DNA from: Candidatus Vogelbacteria bacterium RIFOXYD1_FULL_51_18
GTDB taxonomy: Bacteria > Patescibacteriota > Minisyncoccia > Phycocordibacterales > UBA9988
DNA: 64,000 nt
Assembly (NCBI GenBank): GCA_001823095.1
Contig: MHTL01000014.1
Coordinates: forward strand, 1,881-65,880
Direction of reading: 5' to 3'
Both the position numbers and the translations under genes were made by a program. The notes beneath the pieces were generated by a model. It did not search any database. It was not told where the DNA came from and worked only from the letters and a program-made list of their open reading frames with translations. Shown piece by piece: positions 1-9,370 of this stretch. Positions within the stretch are counted from its first letter, which is position 1. Each line of letters begins with the position of its first letter.

Positions 1-1
1 G

Positions 2-958
2 TCAGTCTTCGGCGATGCCTTTCGCGATTTTATGGAGGAGAAGCCGGACGACGCGAGGATGATTATCGGCAAGGTTGCGCTTGCCATGAAAGCGCGCAAA
101 GCCGCTAAAGCCGCCAAAGACAGCGTCTTGCGCAAAGGCGCGCTTGAGGGAATGACGCTCCCAGGCAAGCTCGCCGACTGCCAGACCAAGAGTGCGGAGG
201 AGGCGGAGCTCTTTATTGTGGAGGGGGATTCTGCCGGCGGCTCGGGCAAGCAGGGCAGGGACCGTCGTACCCAGGCAGTGCTCCCCCTGAAGGGGAAAAT
301 TTTGAATGTTGAACGGGCGCGTTTGGATAAGATTCTTGCCTTTCAAGAAATTAAGCACCTCATCATTGCGCTCGGCGCCGCTATCGGCGATGCCTTTGAC
401 CTCTCTAAATTGCGCTATCATAAAATTATTATTGCAACCGATGCCGATGTGGATGGCGCGCACATCCGCACTCTGCTCCTTACACTCTTCTTCAGGCACT
501 TTGTGCGAATCATAGAAGGGGGCTACCTTTACATCGCCCAGCCGCCACTCTATAAAATTAAATATGGGAAAGAATCTTACTACGCGTTCAGCGATGACGA
601 AAAGGCAAAAGTCTTAAGCCGCCTTGGTGTGGATGCGAGCGCAGAGCCGGAGCCGGAACAAGAAGAAGAGAGCGAGGAAGAGCTTGCGGAAGAAGTCCGA
701 TCCGCCACGGCGGATCGGACTTCGGGGAGCAAGCGCACAAATAAAGTATCCATCCAGCGCTATAAGGGTCTTGGCGAGATGAATCCGGATGAGCTCTGGG
801 AGACCACCATGGACCCCGAGCGGCGCATTCTCAAACAGGTAACCGTGCACGATGCCGAGGAGGCCGACCGAACCTTTGACACCCTCATGGGCGCTGACGT
901 GAGCTCGCGCAGACACTTCATTCAAACTCACGCCAAACTGGCGAATTTAGATGTTTGA
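2..958 (+). CDS. gyrB: DNA gyrase subunit B, C-terminal (Toprim/GyrB tail) portion; 5' end lies upstream of the window
   Basis: Translation contains the EGDSAGGS Toprim motif, [10 protein letters not shown], and a [22 protein letters not shown]-terminal signature. The frame is open from the window edge. Confidence 0.9.
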   Translation, partial: SVFGDAFRDFMEEKPDDARMIIGKVALAMKARKAAKAAKDSVLRKGALEGMTLPGKLADCQTKSAEEAELFIVEGDSAGGSGKQGRDRRTQAVLPLKGKILNVERARLDKILAFQEIKHLIIALGAAIGDAFDLSKLRYHKIIIATDADVDGAHIRTLLLTLFFRHFVRIIEGGYLYIAQPPLYKIKYGKESYYAFSDDEKAKVLSRLGVDASAEPEPEQEEESEEELAEEVRSATADRTSGSKRTNKVSIQRYKGLGEMNPDELWETTMDPERRILKQVTVHDAEEADRTFDTLMGADVSSRRHFIQTHAKLANLDV

Positions 959-989
959 TAACGTTATTTTTTTGTGTTATGATACAAGC

Positions 990-1232
990 ATGAAAACTAC
1001 ACGGCAAAAAATATATCAGTATACGGCAGTATTTGAGAGAAATGAGCTCGGCGGCTATACAGTTACAGTTCCCAGTTTGCCCGGTCTGGTGACTGAAGGC
1101 AAAAATCTTGAGCATGCTCGCACTATGGCGGAGGATGCCATCTCCTGTTATGTGGAAGGTCTGCAAAAGGAGCGTGAAGCAGTCAACTCTATTCTCGCAC
1201 AAGCAGAAATTCAGATTGACGATTTACTTTAA
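990..1232 (+). CDS. HicB-family (UPF0150) antitoxin-like protein; no HicA partner seen
   Basis: MKTTRQKIYQYTAVFERNELGGYTVTVPSLPGLVTEGKNLEHARTMAEDAISCYVEGL matches the HicB/UPF0150 fold pattern (YxxxxE...GGYxVxxPdLPGcxTqGdTxEEA). Confidence 0.6.
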   Translation: MKTTRQKIYQYTAVFERNELGGYTVTVPSLPGLVTEGKNLEHARTMAEDAISCYVEGLQKEREAVNSILAQAEIQIDDLL

Positions 1233-2960
1233 TGTAGAAACAAACTCTTCCAATGTGAGAGCCCCGAGAGTGCCTTCGCGGCTTTCGGCGGTGATGGTAT
1301 GGGAAGCAAGCTCTTTGTCGCCCACGACGAGGAGGTAAGGGATTTTGTTGAGCTTACTGTCGCGGATGCGCTTGCCTAAGGACTCATCGCGCTCGTCCAG
1401 CTCGGCGCGGACGCCTCGCTGTTTCAACACATCCGTTACCTCTCGCGCGTACTCCTTGTGCGCGCCGCCGACGGGGAACGCTACTGCTTGCACGGGCGCA
1501 AGCCAGAGAGGGAAGGCGCCCCCAAAATGCTCAATCATAATGGCCATAAAGCGCTCCAGAGATCCTGCGATAGCGCGATGTATCATCACCGGCCTCTGTC
1601 GTGAGCCATCCTCGGCTGTATACTCCAGACCAAAACGCTCCGGCATCACAAAGTCTATTTGGACAGTGCCCAACTGCCATTCTCGGCCCAGCGAATCCTT
1701 AAATATAAAGTCCAGTTTGGGGCCGTAGAACGCCGCCTCGCCCTCTACCCGTTTGTAGTTCAGCGCTTCTCTCTTTGCGCATTTCTCCAGCGCCGCCTCC
1801 GCCTCCGCCCAATTTCTATCTTCCCCGAGATATTTCTCTTTATGAGCCATGTCGCGCACCGAGAGCGAGACACGGTACTTGTCCTCGGCAAACATGCCAA
1901 GCTCGGTGTAGAAAGCCTTGATAACGTGGATAATGTGCGTCACCTCTGCTCCTACTTGCTCCAGACGGCAGAAGACGTGCCCATCGTCTTGGGTAATAGC
2001 GCGCACCCGCGAGAGACCGAGAAGTTCGCCCTGCTGTTCGTCGCGGTAGACCGCAGTCGTCTCCATATAACGGATAGGGAGCTCTTTATAACTCCTCTGG
2101 GCGCTCGCATAGATTTGCGTGTGGTGCGGGCAGTTCATCGGCTTCATCACGAATTCTGTCTCACTGCGGCCTTTGACGTAAAAAAGGTCATCCTTGAATT
2201 TTTCCCAGTGGCCGCTCGTCTCGTAGAGTTCGCGCTTGGTGATGTGGGGGATAGTCACTCGCTCGTAGCCGTGCTCTTTTTGAAGGGTCTGTATCTTTTC
2301 TACAATCAGGTCGCGCACCAGCGTGCCCTTGGGAGTAAAGAGGGGCAGTCCCGAGCCGACGAGGTCAGAGAAGGCAAAGAGCCCGAGCTCTCTGCCAAGC
2401 TTCCTATGGTCGCGCAATGCCGCTTCCTCCTTTAGGCTTTCCCATTCGGCAAGCTCCTTGGGGGTGGCAAACGCCGCGCCGTAGATGCGGGTGAGCATGG
2501 CGTTTTTTTCATCCCCGCGCCAATAGGCGCCGGCAGTATGCGTAATGGCAAAGGCATCCGGATTTATTTCTGACGTGTTTGCGACATGTGGACCGACACA
2601 GAGGTCGTTAAAAGAGCCAGATGTGTAGGTCGTAAGCTTTTCCCCTCTCTCTACGAGTTCATTAATGAGCTCTAGTTTATATGGTTCATCTTTAAATTGC
2701 GCATGCGCCTCGTCGGGACTGACTTCAGCGAGAGTAAATGCGAGATGCTCTGCAATGAGCTCGCGCATGCGCGCTTCAAAGCGCTTCAGATCATCCGGAG
2801 AAGGGGAATAGCCCGAGGAGAAGGCAAAATCGTAGTAAAAGCCACTCTCAATCACTGGACCAATACCGAGCTTCACCCCCGTGTTCTTCTCCTTGACTGC
2901 TATGGCCAGCAGGTGCGCCAGTGAATGCCGCACGCGGGTGAGCTGATCTCCTGTATCCAT
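1224..2960 (-). CDS. thrS: threonyl-tRNA synthetase (short form lacking N-terminal TGS/editing region)
   Basis: Class II aaRS core and anticodon-binding domain are present. RVRHSLAHLLAIAV, the HGYERVTIPHITK region and the C-terminal KIPYLLVVGDKELA are ThrRS-like. Confidence 0.9.
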   Translation of the reverse strand: MDTGDQLTRVRHSLAHLLAIAVKEKNTGVKLGIGPVIESGFYYDFAFSSGYSPSPDDLKRFEARMRELIAEHLAFTLAEVSPDEAHAQFKDEPYKLELINELVERGEKLTTYTSGSFNDLCVGPHVANTSEINPDAFAITHTAGAYWRGDEKNAMLTRIYGAAFATPKELAEWESLKEEAALRDHRKLGRELGLFAFSDLVGSGLPLFTPKGTLVRDLIVEKIQTLQKEHGYERVTIPHITKRELYETSGHWEKFKDDLFYVKGRSETEFVMKPMNCPHHTQIYASAQRSYKELPIRYMETTAVYRDEQQGELLGLSRVRAITQDDGHVFCRLEQVGAEVTHIIHVIKAFYTELGMFAEDKYRVSLSVRDMAHKEKYLGEDRNWAEAEAALEKCAKREALNYKRVEGEAAFYGPKLDFIFKDSLGREWQLGTVQIDFVMPERFGLEYTAEDGSRQRPVMIHRAIAGSLERFMAIMIEHFGGAFPLWLAPVQAVAFPVGGAHKEYAREVTDVLKQRGVRAELDERDESLGKRIRDSKLNKIPYLLVVGDKELASHTITAESREGTLGALTLEEFVSTLK

Positions 2961-3022
2961 ATAGAAATACTAACAGAAAAGGCTTTTTTTGTCTTGCCGT
3001 ATATGCTACAGTTACCGTACCT

Positions 3023-3556
3023 ATGCATCTGCGCACGAAAAGGGTCGCAGGGTTCACGCTCATTGAACTCCTTGTTGTTATCGGCATTATCGGCATCCTC
3101 TCGAGCATTGTGCTTGCCTCTCTCCAAACCTCGCGCAAAAAAGCCCTTGATGCGGCGGTGCAGGAGCAATTAGTGGCTATGCGGTCGGCGGTGGAATTGT
3201 ATGCCTTAGACCACAATGGTCTATATACATCGCTTACAGTATTACCATTATTTACTGGAGTAATGGATGAAGACTGCGATGCTGTTAATGCAGAAACTAG
3301 CAATTGGTATGCAAATGATTCTGTGATAGAGCCAATGATAGCTAAAATCAATGAGGCGTCTGGACGAGTAATATGCGCGGCGAATAATACGTATACTAAA
3401 TGGGCAGTTTCTGCACGCTTACCCACAAGTCCGATGTCCCCATCCGCTAATTTGAAATGGTGGTGTGTAGATGGCTATGGGACTTCAAAACAATTCATAG
3501 GGGCGATTCCTATTAATGGAGGATTCCCGTCTTACTACGACGCAAAATGCGAATAG
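3023..3556 (+). CDS. type IV pilin / pseudopilin (prepilin N-terminal cleavage-methylation domain)
   Basis: Leader MHLRTKRVAG followed by FTLIELLVVIGIIGIL (class III signal), and a C-terminal Cys pair (WWCVDG...AKCE). Confidence 0.8.
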   Translation: MHLRTKRVAGFTLIELLVVIGIIGILSSIVLASLQTSRKKALDAAVQEQLVAMRSAVELYALDHNGLYTSLTVLPLFTGVMDEDCDAVNAETSNWYANDSVIEPMIAKINEASGRVICAANNTYTKWAVSARLPTSPMSPSANLKWWCVDGYGTSKQFIGAIPINGGFPSYYDAKCE

Positions 3557-3634
3557 ATATGCACAGGGAGCATTGTGCCTAGCAAAAGCCAGCGCTATGA
3601 TAAAAGCGTTATTTGCTCGCTTAATGTAGATACT

Positions 3635-4171
3635 ATGAAATTCTCTCGGCAAGGGTTTACCCTCATTGAACTCCTTGTTGTTATCGGCATTATCGGCATC
3701 CTCTCGAGCATTGTGTTAGTCTCACTTCAGACCTCGCGCAAAAAAGCCCTTGATGCGGCGGTGATACAGGAGATGAACAGTGTACGATCAGCGGTAGAGC
3801 TGTATGCTTCTATTCATAATGATAAGTATGCCGATGGGACGGCAAACCCTCCCCTAAATGGTTTTTCTAATGATGTAAGCTGTGATCTTGCTTCTCCACT
3901 TACCCCTACCAATGGTTGGTATGGGAATGATCCATCAGTAGCAAAGATATTGTCTAGTTTAAAGTCAAGGACGTCTTACATCTCCTGCGCTTTAAATTAT
4001 GGATATACACAATGGGCGGCAGTTTCCAAACTTCCTTCAGGCCCAACTTCAGGAGCTGGGCAGATTTGGCGATGTGTTGATTGGAAAGGAACGTCAAAAC
4101 AATATACTCAACCGACCCCACCAATGACATCTACTGGCATTTCGCGGATTACAACAGTCAACTGTCTCTAG
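3635..4171 (+). CDS. type IV pilin / pseudopilin, paralog of the upstream gene
   Basis: MKFSRQG|FTLIELLVVIGIIGILSSIVL. About 103 nt of the 5' coding sequence is near-identical to 3058-3160. The C-terminal domain is divergent with a Cys pair (RCVDW...VNCL). Confidence 0.8.
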   Translation: MKFSRQGFTLIELLVVIGIIGILSSIVLVSLQTSRKKALDAAVIQEMNSVRSAVELYASIHNDKYADGTANPPLNGFSNDVSCDLASPLTPTNGWYGNDPSVAKILSSLKSRTSYISCALNYGYTQWAAVSKLPSGPTSGAGQIWRCVDWKGTSKQYTQPTPPMTSTGISRITTVNCL

Positions 4172-4176
4172 GTTTG

Positions 4177-7100
4177 TCATATCCTCTTCACTCCCTCCGC
4201 CACAATTGAGAGTTCGCTATTGCGAGTAGAAACGCGGCCGCGAATGGCAATACAAGTGCCTGCGGTGAGAATTTCTCGGCGCTCGTTGTAGATGCGCGGG
4301 AAGGCAACCACCTCTATGCGGTCGCTCAAGTCAGAGAGTTTGATAAAGGCCATACGTTCGTTATTTTTTGTTGTCACCTCACGCAGTTCGTCAATAAGCC
4401 CGGCTACCACCACAAGCGACCCATCACTCATTTCTTTTGCGTTTGCGATAGTATTCTTGCCTCCATTTTCAGACAAGAGCTTCTCGCGGTACTTATCCAA
4501 GGGGTGGCCCGAAACGTAGAGACCGAGAAGTTCTTTTTCCCAGCCGAGTATGATCTCCGGAGGGATGGGTCCTGCTGGTTTTAACTTGAGGGCTGGCACA
4601 GTCCCGGAATCAGTCATGAGACCAAAGAGCGAATCCTGCGAATCCCCGTGCTTATGGAGCTCGCGCGCGTACTCAATGGATTCCTCAATGTTCGCTAAGA
4701 GCATTGCCCGGTTCTTCTCCACGCTGTCTAGCGCTCCCGCCTTGATGAGTGATTCCAACGACTTGCGGTTGAGGTTTTTATGGCGCACCCGTTCAAGAAA
4801 GTCTGCAAAGGAGCTAAAGGACCCATGCTCCTTGCGTTCACTCGCGATGGCCTCGGCAATCTCGGCGCCTAAATTTTTTATTGAGTAGAGTCCAAAGCGG
4901 ATCTTATTCATAGTAGACACCGGATGTTTATCCGCCGCGGCGGACCCAACATCCGGTGTTTTTGGTGTCTTCAACACGGTAAAGTCCCCGTAGCTCTCAT
5001 TCACATCGGGCGGGAGCACGAGGATATTCATACGCTTGCACTCCTCAATAATGCTCGCCACCTCGTCCACATCGCCCGATTCGGCGGAGAGCACCGCTGT
5101 CATATACTCGCTCGGGTAGTGCGCCTTCATGTACGCAGTCTGGTAGGCCACGTGCCCGTAGCTTGCCGCGTGCGCTTTGTTGAATCCATAGGCGGCAAAG
5201 GGTTCAATAAGGAGCCACAGCGCACGCGCCTTCTCCTTGGAAAGTTTTCCGTGTGAGATAAATCCTTCCAGGAGCTTCTCTTTTTGGGTTGCCATCTCCG
5301 CAGGAATCTTCTTGCCCATTGCCTTACGCAGTTTGTCCGCCTCGGTCCAGCTGTAGCCCGCGAGCAGAATGGCAATCATCATAACATCGTCTTGATAGGT
5401 GATCACGCCGTAGCTCTGATACAGAATCTTTTCCATGCGCGGGTCAAGGTAGCTTACCAGCCGCGGATTGTGCTTGCGGCGAATGTACTCGGGGATAGAC
5501 TCCATCGGTCCCGGGCGATAGAGCGCGACCATGGCGTTGATGTCGTGGATGCTGGAGGGTTTGAGCTCCTTGAGCCATCGCGTCATGCCCGAGCCGCCCA
5601 GCTGGAAGAGCGCGTACGTTTCGCCGCGCGCGAGCATGGCAAAGGTTTTTGCGTCGTCAAGAGGGAGTGCGCTCAAGTCAATCGTCTTTTTCACTGTTTC
5701 TTGCACCAAACGCGCCGCGCCTTCAAGAATGGAGAGGTTCCTGATGCCGAGAAAGTCAAACTTAAGGAGCCCAGCATCCTCAACGCTGTGCATATCATAC
5801 TGGGTGATAATCTTCCCGCCCTTGGGGTCAAGCTGGACGGGGACAAAGTCGGTAATCTCGGTAGGCGCAATCACTACTCCTGCGGCGTGGACGCTAATGT
5901 GCCGCGCGCAACCTTCCAACTTTTTAGCCAAGTCCATAATCTCGCGCACCTCTGCCTCATCCTCGTACATTTTTTTTAGTTCCGGCTCCAATTCCATAGC
6001 GCGGTCAATCGTCATGGGGAAGCCCTGACTGCCCATAGGGATAAGTTTGGACACGCGGTCGCCGAGGGCGTAAGGATGCCCCAGCGCGCGCGCGACGTCG
6101 CGGACGGCGCCTCGCGCCATCATGGAGCCAAAAGTGCCAATCTGTGCCACCTTCTCCTCGCCGTACTTCTCGCGCACATAGTCTAGGACTTTTTCCCTCC
6201 CGTTGTCGGCGAAGTCCATATCAATATCGGGTGGCGAGGGGCGGTCGGGGTTGAGAAAGCGCTCAAAAGGGAGCTTGTATTTGAGCGGATCAACTGCGCC
6301 GATGCCGATAAGGTAAGAAACGAGCGAGCCAGCCGCAGATCCTCTCGTATTAGTAAGCACGCCGAGGCGCTTTGCCGCGCTGTAGATATCGGCAACGGTG
6401 AGAAAGTAGGGCGCGTAGCCTTTGCGGCAAATAATGTCTAGTTCATATCGCATGCGTTCGAGAGCGCTCTCGCCAAAATCAGGATTGCGTGTGAGGTACT
6501 CTGCAAGTCCCGCTTCTGTCTTCTTGATGAGCTCATGCTCAAAACTGGATCCCTTAGGGATCTGGTAGTCAGGAAAGCGCCATGTGCCCAGCGGGAGTTC
6601 AATATCAACGAGTTCTGCAACGCGGAGCGTGTTATCTACTGCCTCTGGCGCGTCGGCAAAGAATGAACGGAATGTTTTCTCGTCAACAAAGGAGAAATCC
6701 TCGGTGCTGTTTGCCATGTCTCTGGTGTCCTGAATATCAGTATTAGTTTGCACGGCCACGAGAGTGTGGTGCGCGCGCTGGTCTTCAGCATTGAGGTAAT
6801 GCGCATCATGAGTCGCCACAAGGGGGACATTAAGCTCGCGAGCTATCTCAATGAGGAGCGCTTTGACGCGCGCCCCACCCTCAATGCCCGGGTGCTGCAT
6901 AATTTCCACAAAGTAGTGTTCTGCGCCAAAAATCTCCTGGTACTCGCGGACAAGCGCGCGCAGTTTGTCACGGTCTCCTACCGCGGCTGCCTGCGAAAGT
7001 TCGCTGCCCATACACCCCGAGAGGCAGACAAGCCCATCATGGTGCTCACGCAGAAGCTCCTTGTCCATGCGCGGCTTGTAGTAATAACCCTCCAAATTTG

Positions 7101-7422
7101 CTTTAGTGACAAGCTTGATGAGATCCCGGTAGCCGCTCTCGTTTTTGGCGAGAAGCGTGAGATGGTAGCGTCGAGCGTCAATGCGCGCCTCTTTGTCAAA
7201 GCGCGAGCGGACGGCCATGTAGGCTTCCACGCCGATGATGGGTTTGATGCCGGCCGCGGTGCATTTTTTGTAAAATTCCAGCGCGCCGTAGAGGTTGCCG
7301 TGGTCGGTGAGGCCGAGGGCGGGAGAGCCGTACTCCTTGGCCTTCTTTACCAAATCAGGAATTTTCATCAGACCATCCAAGAGCGAGTAGTGACTGTGGT
7401 TGTGGAGGTGTACGAAGGCCAT
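4177..7422 (-). CDS. dnaE: DNA polymerase III alpha subunit
   Basis: N-terminal PHP domain (FVHLHNHSHYSLLDG), polymerase core and OB-fold tail; 1081 aa. Confidence 0.95.
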   Translation of the reverse strand: MAFVHLHNHSHYSLLDGLMKIPDLVKKAKEYGSPALGLTDHGNLYGALEFYKKCTAAGIKPIIGVEAYMAVRSRFDKEARIDARRYHLTLLAKNESGYRDLIKLVTKANLEGYYYKPRMDKELLREHHDGLVCLSGCMGSELSQAAAVGDRDKLRALVREYQEIFGAEHYFVEIMQHPGIEGGARVKALLIEIARELNVPLVATHDAHYLNAEDQRAHHTLVAVQTNTDIQDTRDMANSTEDFSFVDEKTFRSFFADAPEAVDNTLRVAELVDIELPLGTWRFPDYQIPKGSSFEHELIKKTEAGLAEYLTRNPDFGESALERMRYELDIICRKGYAPYFLTVADIYSAAKRLGVLTNTRGSAAGSLVSYLIGIGAVDPLKYKLPFERFLNPDRPSPPDIDMDFADNGREKVLDYVREKYGEEKVAQIGTFGSMMARGAVRDVARALGHPYALGDRVSKLIPMGSQGFPMTIDRAMELEPELKKMYEDEAEVREIMDLAKKLEGCARHISVHAAGVVIAPTEITDFVPVQLDPKGGKIITQYDMHSVEDAGLLKFDFLGIRNLSILEGAARLVQETVKKTIDLSALPLDDAKTFAMLARGETYALFQLGGSGMTRWLKELKPSSIHDINAMVALYRPGPMESIPEYIRRKHNPRLVSYLDPRMEKILYQSYGVITYQDDVMMIAILLAGYSWTEADKLRKAMGKKIPAEMATQKEKLLEGFISHGKLSKEKARALWLLIEPFAAYGFNKAHAASYGHVAYQTAYMKAHYPSEYMTAVLSAESGDVDEVASIIEECKRMNILVLPPDVNESYGDFTVLKTPKTPDVGSAAADKHPVSTMNKIRFGLYSIKNLGAEIAEAIASERKEHGSFSSFADFLERVRHKNLNRKSLESLIKAGALDSVEKNRAMLLANIEESIEYARELHKHGDSQDSLFGLMTDSGTVPALKLKPAGPIPPEIILGWEKELLGLYVSGHPLDKYREKLLSENGGKNTIANAKEMSDGSLVVVAGLIDELREVTTKNNERMAFIKLSDLSDRIEVVAFPRIYNERREILTAGTCIAIRGRVSTRNSELSIVAEGVKRI

Positions 7423-7458
7423 GCCGCTAGTATAGCAGAGCCCACCATTCCCGCCGAT

Positions 7459-7494
7459 GTAATAATCCTCTCACGATCGTGGAAGGATTATTAC
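7459..7494. repeat. 36-nt near-perfect palindrome gtaataatcct-ctCACGATCGTGga-aggattattac (TCACGATCGTGA-core hairpin family), between the wHTH/Cas2-like gene and dnaE
   Basis: The reverse complement equals itself except for 2 central positions. It lies about 35 nt upstream of the dnaE ATG and 14 nt downstream of the 7508-8086 gene. Confidence 0.8.
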
Positions 7495-7507
7495 AATCCC
7501 ATTTTGT

Positions 7508-8086
7508 TTATTTTAAAGGTAGGTCAAATGCTTTGCGTAGCCATCGGTCATTCTCAATAAAATCGGCAGTGAGATAGAGCACGTCTTTACCTATGTGGAT
7601 ATGCGCTTTCAAGAGCGTCACTACTTCTTGGCATTCGTACGGGTAGACCCATACACTCCGCTGGAGCTGGATAAAACCAAGTTGTGTAAGCCAGATGCGC
7701 AACGTATCTCTAGCGCCGCGCCTGGTTTCTTTGATGTCAAAGATAATGATTCTATATTTCTTATCCCACCGACGCGGTGTGGCGAGTGTTATATGTTTAA
7801 GCCGATACTGCATAAGGAGATCCCTGCCCTTTTCTGTAAGTCTCAATACCTTTCCAACTACCGGGTCTTGCTCCTGTTTGATTAACCCTTGCCGGATACA
7901 ACGCGTGACGACTACGTTTACATAGTGACACTTCTGCCGCCTGAAGAGAGGGGTGTATTTTAAGAGGCGCATTGCATTCGGCGCAACAGCGGCAAGGGCG
8001 AGGATCCCTGTGACGGCGATAAGACCAAGCACAATGGCGCTCACATCCCCTAGCACCCCCGATTTCTCTTTTTGTTTTTTCTCCAT
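7508..8086 (-). CDS. membrane-anchored winged-helix plus Cas2-like domain protein (PaaX/Cas2-fold-like), function unknown
   Basis: N-terminal TM helix (VSAIVLGLIAVTGILALAAV) and a wHTH-like segment (RCIRQGLIKQ...LRLTEKGRDLL). The C-terminal block YRIIIFDIKETRRGARDTLRIWLTQLGFIQLQRSVWVY resembles the Cas2 core (xxVVxYDIxxxxRRxKvxKxLxxyGxRvQxSVFeC). Confidence 0.55.
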   Translation of the reverse strand: MEKKQKEKSGVLGDVSAIVLGLIAVTGILALAAVAPNAMRLLKYTPLFRRQKCHYVNVVVTRCIRQGLIKQEQDPVVGKVLRLTEKGRDLLMQYRLKHITLATPRRWDKKYRIIIFDIKETRRGARDTLRIWLTQLGFIQLQRSVWVYPYECQEVVTLLKAHIHIGKDVLYLTADFIENDRWLRKAFDLPLK

Positions 8087-8087
8087 T

Positions 8088-8123
8088 GTAATAATCTTAC
8101 CACGATCGTAAGAAGATTATTAC
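8088..8123. repeat. 36-nt near-perfect palindrome gtaataatctt-acCACGATCGTaag-aagattattac, 1 nt upstream of the 7508-8086 gene start codon
   Basis: Same arms as the 7459-7494 copy (c/t difference) and the same CACGATCGT core; the two copies bracket one gene. Confidence 0.8.
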
Positions 8124-8205
8124 ACTGTACAAAATTATATAAGAGTGATATTCTATAGAAAACCCTAGCGTAGCTGGGATGATCTTTGTAAAACGAGGTG
8201 TTGAT

Positions 8206-8403
8206 ATGACAGATATGACAGGAAAAGAAACACGTATAGTAAGTGCTATTAATGAGCCTAGTTTCTCTAAGGATATGGAGGAAGAAATTAAACTCCGCGC
8301 GTTTATCATTCTAAGAGCACTTGATGAAATGGACGAGGAACTTCAAAATCGCGCCGACTTACATGCAACACTTAATCCAAACACCTCAATGCCCCCATCG
8401 TAG
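8206..8403 (+). CDS. hypothetical small acidic protein
   Basis: ORF with a plausible GAGGTG RBS-like sequence upstream of MTDMTGKETR; no recognisable domain. Confidence 0.25.
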   Translation: MTDMTGKETRIVSAINEPSFSKDMEEEIKLRAFIILRALDEMDEELQNRADLHATLNPNTSMPPS

Positions 8404-8434
8404 GGGGCTTTTGTTTTTGGTGTATACTCTTGAT

Positions 8435-9046
8435 ATGGCACGGACACGTTGGGTGGTGGGGGTGGACGAGGCGGGACGGGGGCCGCTTGCCGGGCCGGTA
8501 TCGGTTGCGGCGCTTGCCTTCCCCGAGCCGCTCTATGCAAAACGTGCGGGTATTCTCCACGGCATCCGCGACTCAAAAAAACTCACCGAGCTCGGCCGCG
8601 AGCGCTGGTATACAAAGCTCTCTGCGCAGGCAAAAGCGGGGAACATCAAATTTGCCTCTAGTATGGTCTCTCACAGCGTCATTGACCGCCGAGGGATTAG
8701 CAAGGCAACCGCGCTCGGCGTTGCGCGGACGCTCATAAAGCTTGATTTACATCCTGCCACAACCCGCGTGCTCCTTGACGGCTCACTTGCCGCACCGGCT
8801 CTGTGGCGCAATCAGAAGACTATCGTGAGAGGCGATGATCGGGTGGCAATCATTGCGGCGGCATCAGTAATTGCCAAAGTGCGCCGCGACCGGCGCATGA
8901 AGCGTCTCTCACTGCGTTATCCAGATTACGGCTTTGCCGTCCACAAGGGCTACGGCACGGCGAGCCACTACCGTATGCTCAAAAAGCGCGGTCTCTCTCT
9001 TATCCACCGCAGGAGCTTTTGCAAAAAATTGTTCCCTATGGTATAA
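8435..9046 (+). CDS. rnhB: ribonuclease HII
   Basis: VVGVDEAGRGPLAGPV and the DSKKL motif typical of RNase HII; start chosen at MARTRW. Confidence 0.9.
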   Translation: MARTRWVVGVDEAGRGPLAGPVSVAALAFPEPLYAKRAGILHGIRDSKKLTELGRERWYTKLSAQAKAGNIKFASSMVSHSVIDRRGISKATALGVARTLIKLDLHPATTRVLLDGSLAAPALWRNQKTIVRGDDRVAIIAAASVIAKVRRDRRMKRLSLRYPDYGFAVHKGYGTASHYRMLKKRGLSLIHRRSFCKKLFPMV

Positions 9047-9079
9047 TATACATAGGTAATCTTTAAGAAAGGGGATTGG

Positions 9080-9370
9080 TTGATGGCAGAACAGTACCGC
9101 TACAACTGCATAGTTGGGGGCGTGCACAGACAGCTCCTTACACCTGAACTGGGAAGCGCCGTGTTTTTAAAAGCAGCACAAACGCGGGGAAGTCCCAAGA
9201 GGCGGGTATGCGCCGAGCCGGGCTGTATCACAGTACTCTCGGGCAGCAATGAGGGCGCCAAGTGCCGGAGGCATCAGGATACAGAGTTCATACGGGCAAC
9301 CGCGCAGAGTCCAGGGCGGACAGTGGTCCGCCGAAGGAATGCAGGGAGACGAAAAGGGAGAGGAACATGA
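9080..9370 (+). CDS. hypothetical basic protein with Cys motif
   Basis: ORF whose TGA overlaps the next ATG (ATGA); contains CAEPGC...C...H; no confident family. Confidence 0.35.
   Translation: MMAEQYRYNCIVGGVHRQLLTPELGSAVFLKAAQTRGSPKRRVCAEPGCITVLSGSNEGAKCRRHQDTEFIRATAQSPGRTVVRRRNAGRRKGRGT

Noticed and set aside
2-499. 165-aa minus-strand ORF overlapping gyrB
   Set aside because: Antisense shadow ORF of a well-supported gene in high-GC DNA. The same applies to 1659-2435, 5284-5979, 6748-7560, 10041-10580, 12452-13375, 14476-15312, 17287-17883, 20372-21424, 26113-26715, 28308-28865, 29894-31279, 36598-36993, 51685-52530, 55878-56726, 57937-58416 and 59942-60493.
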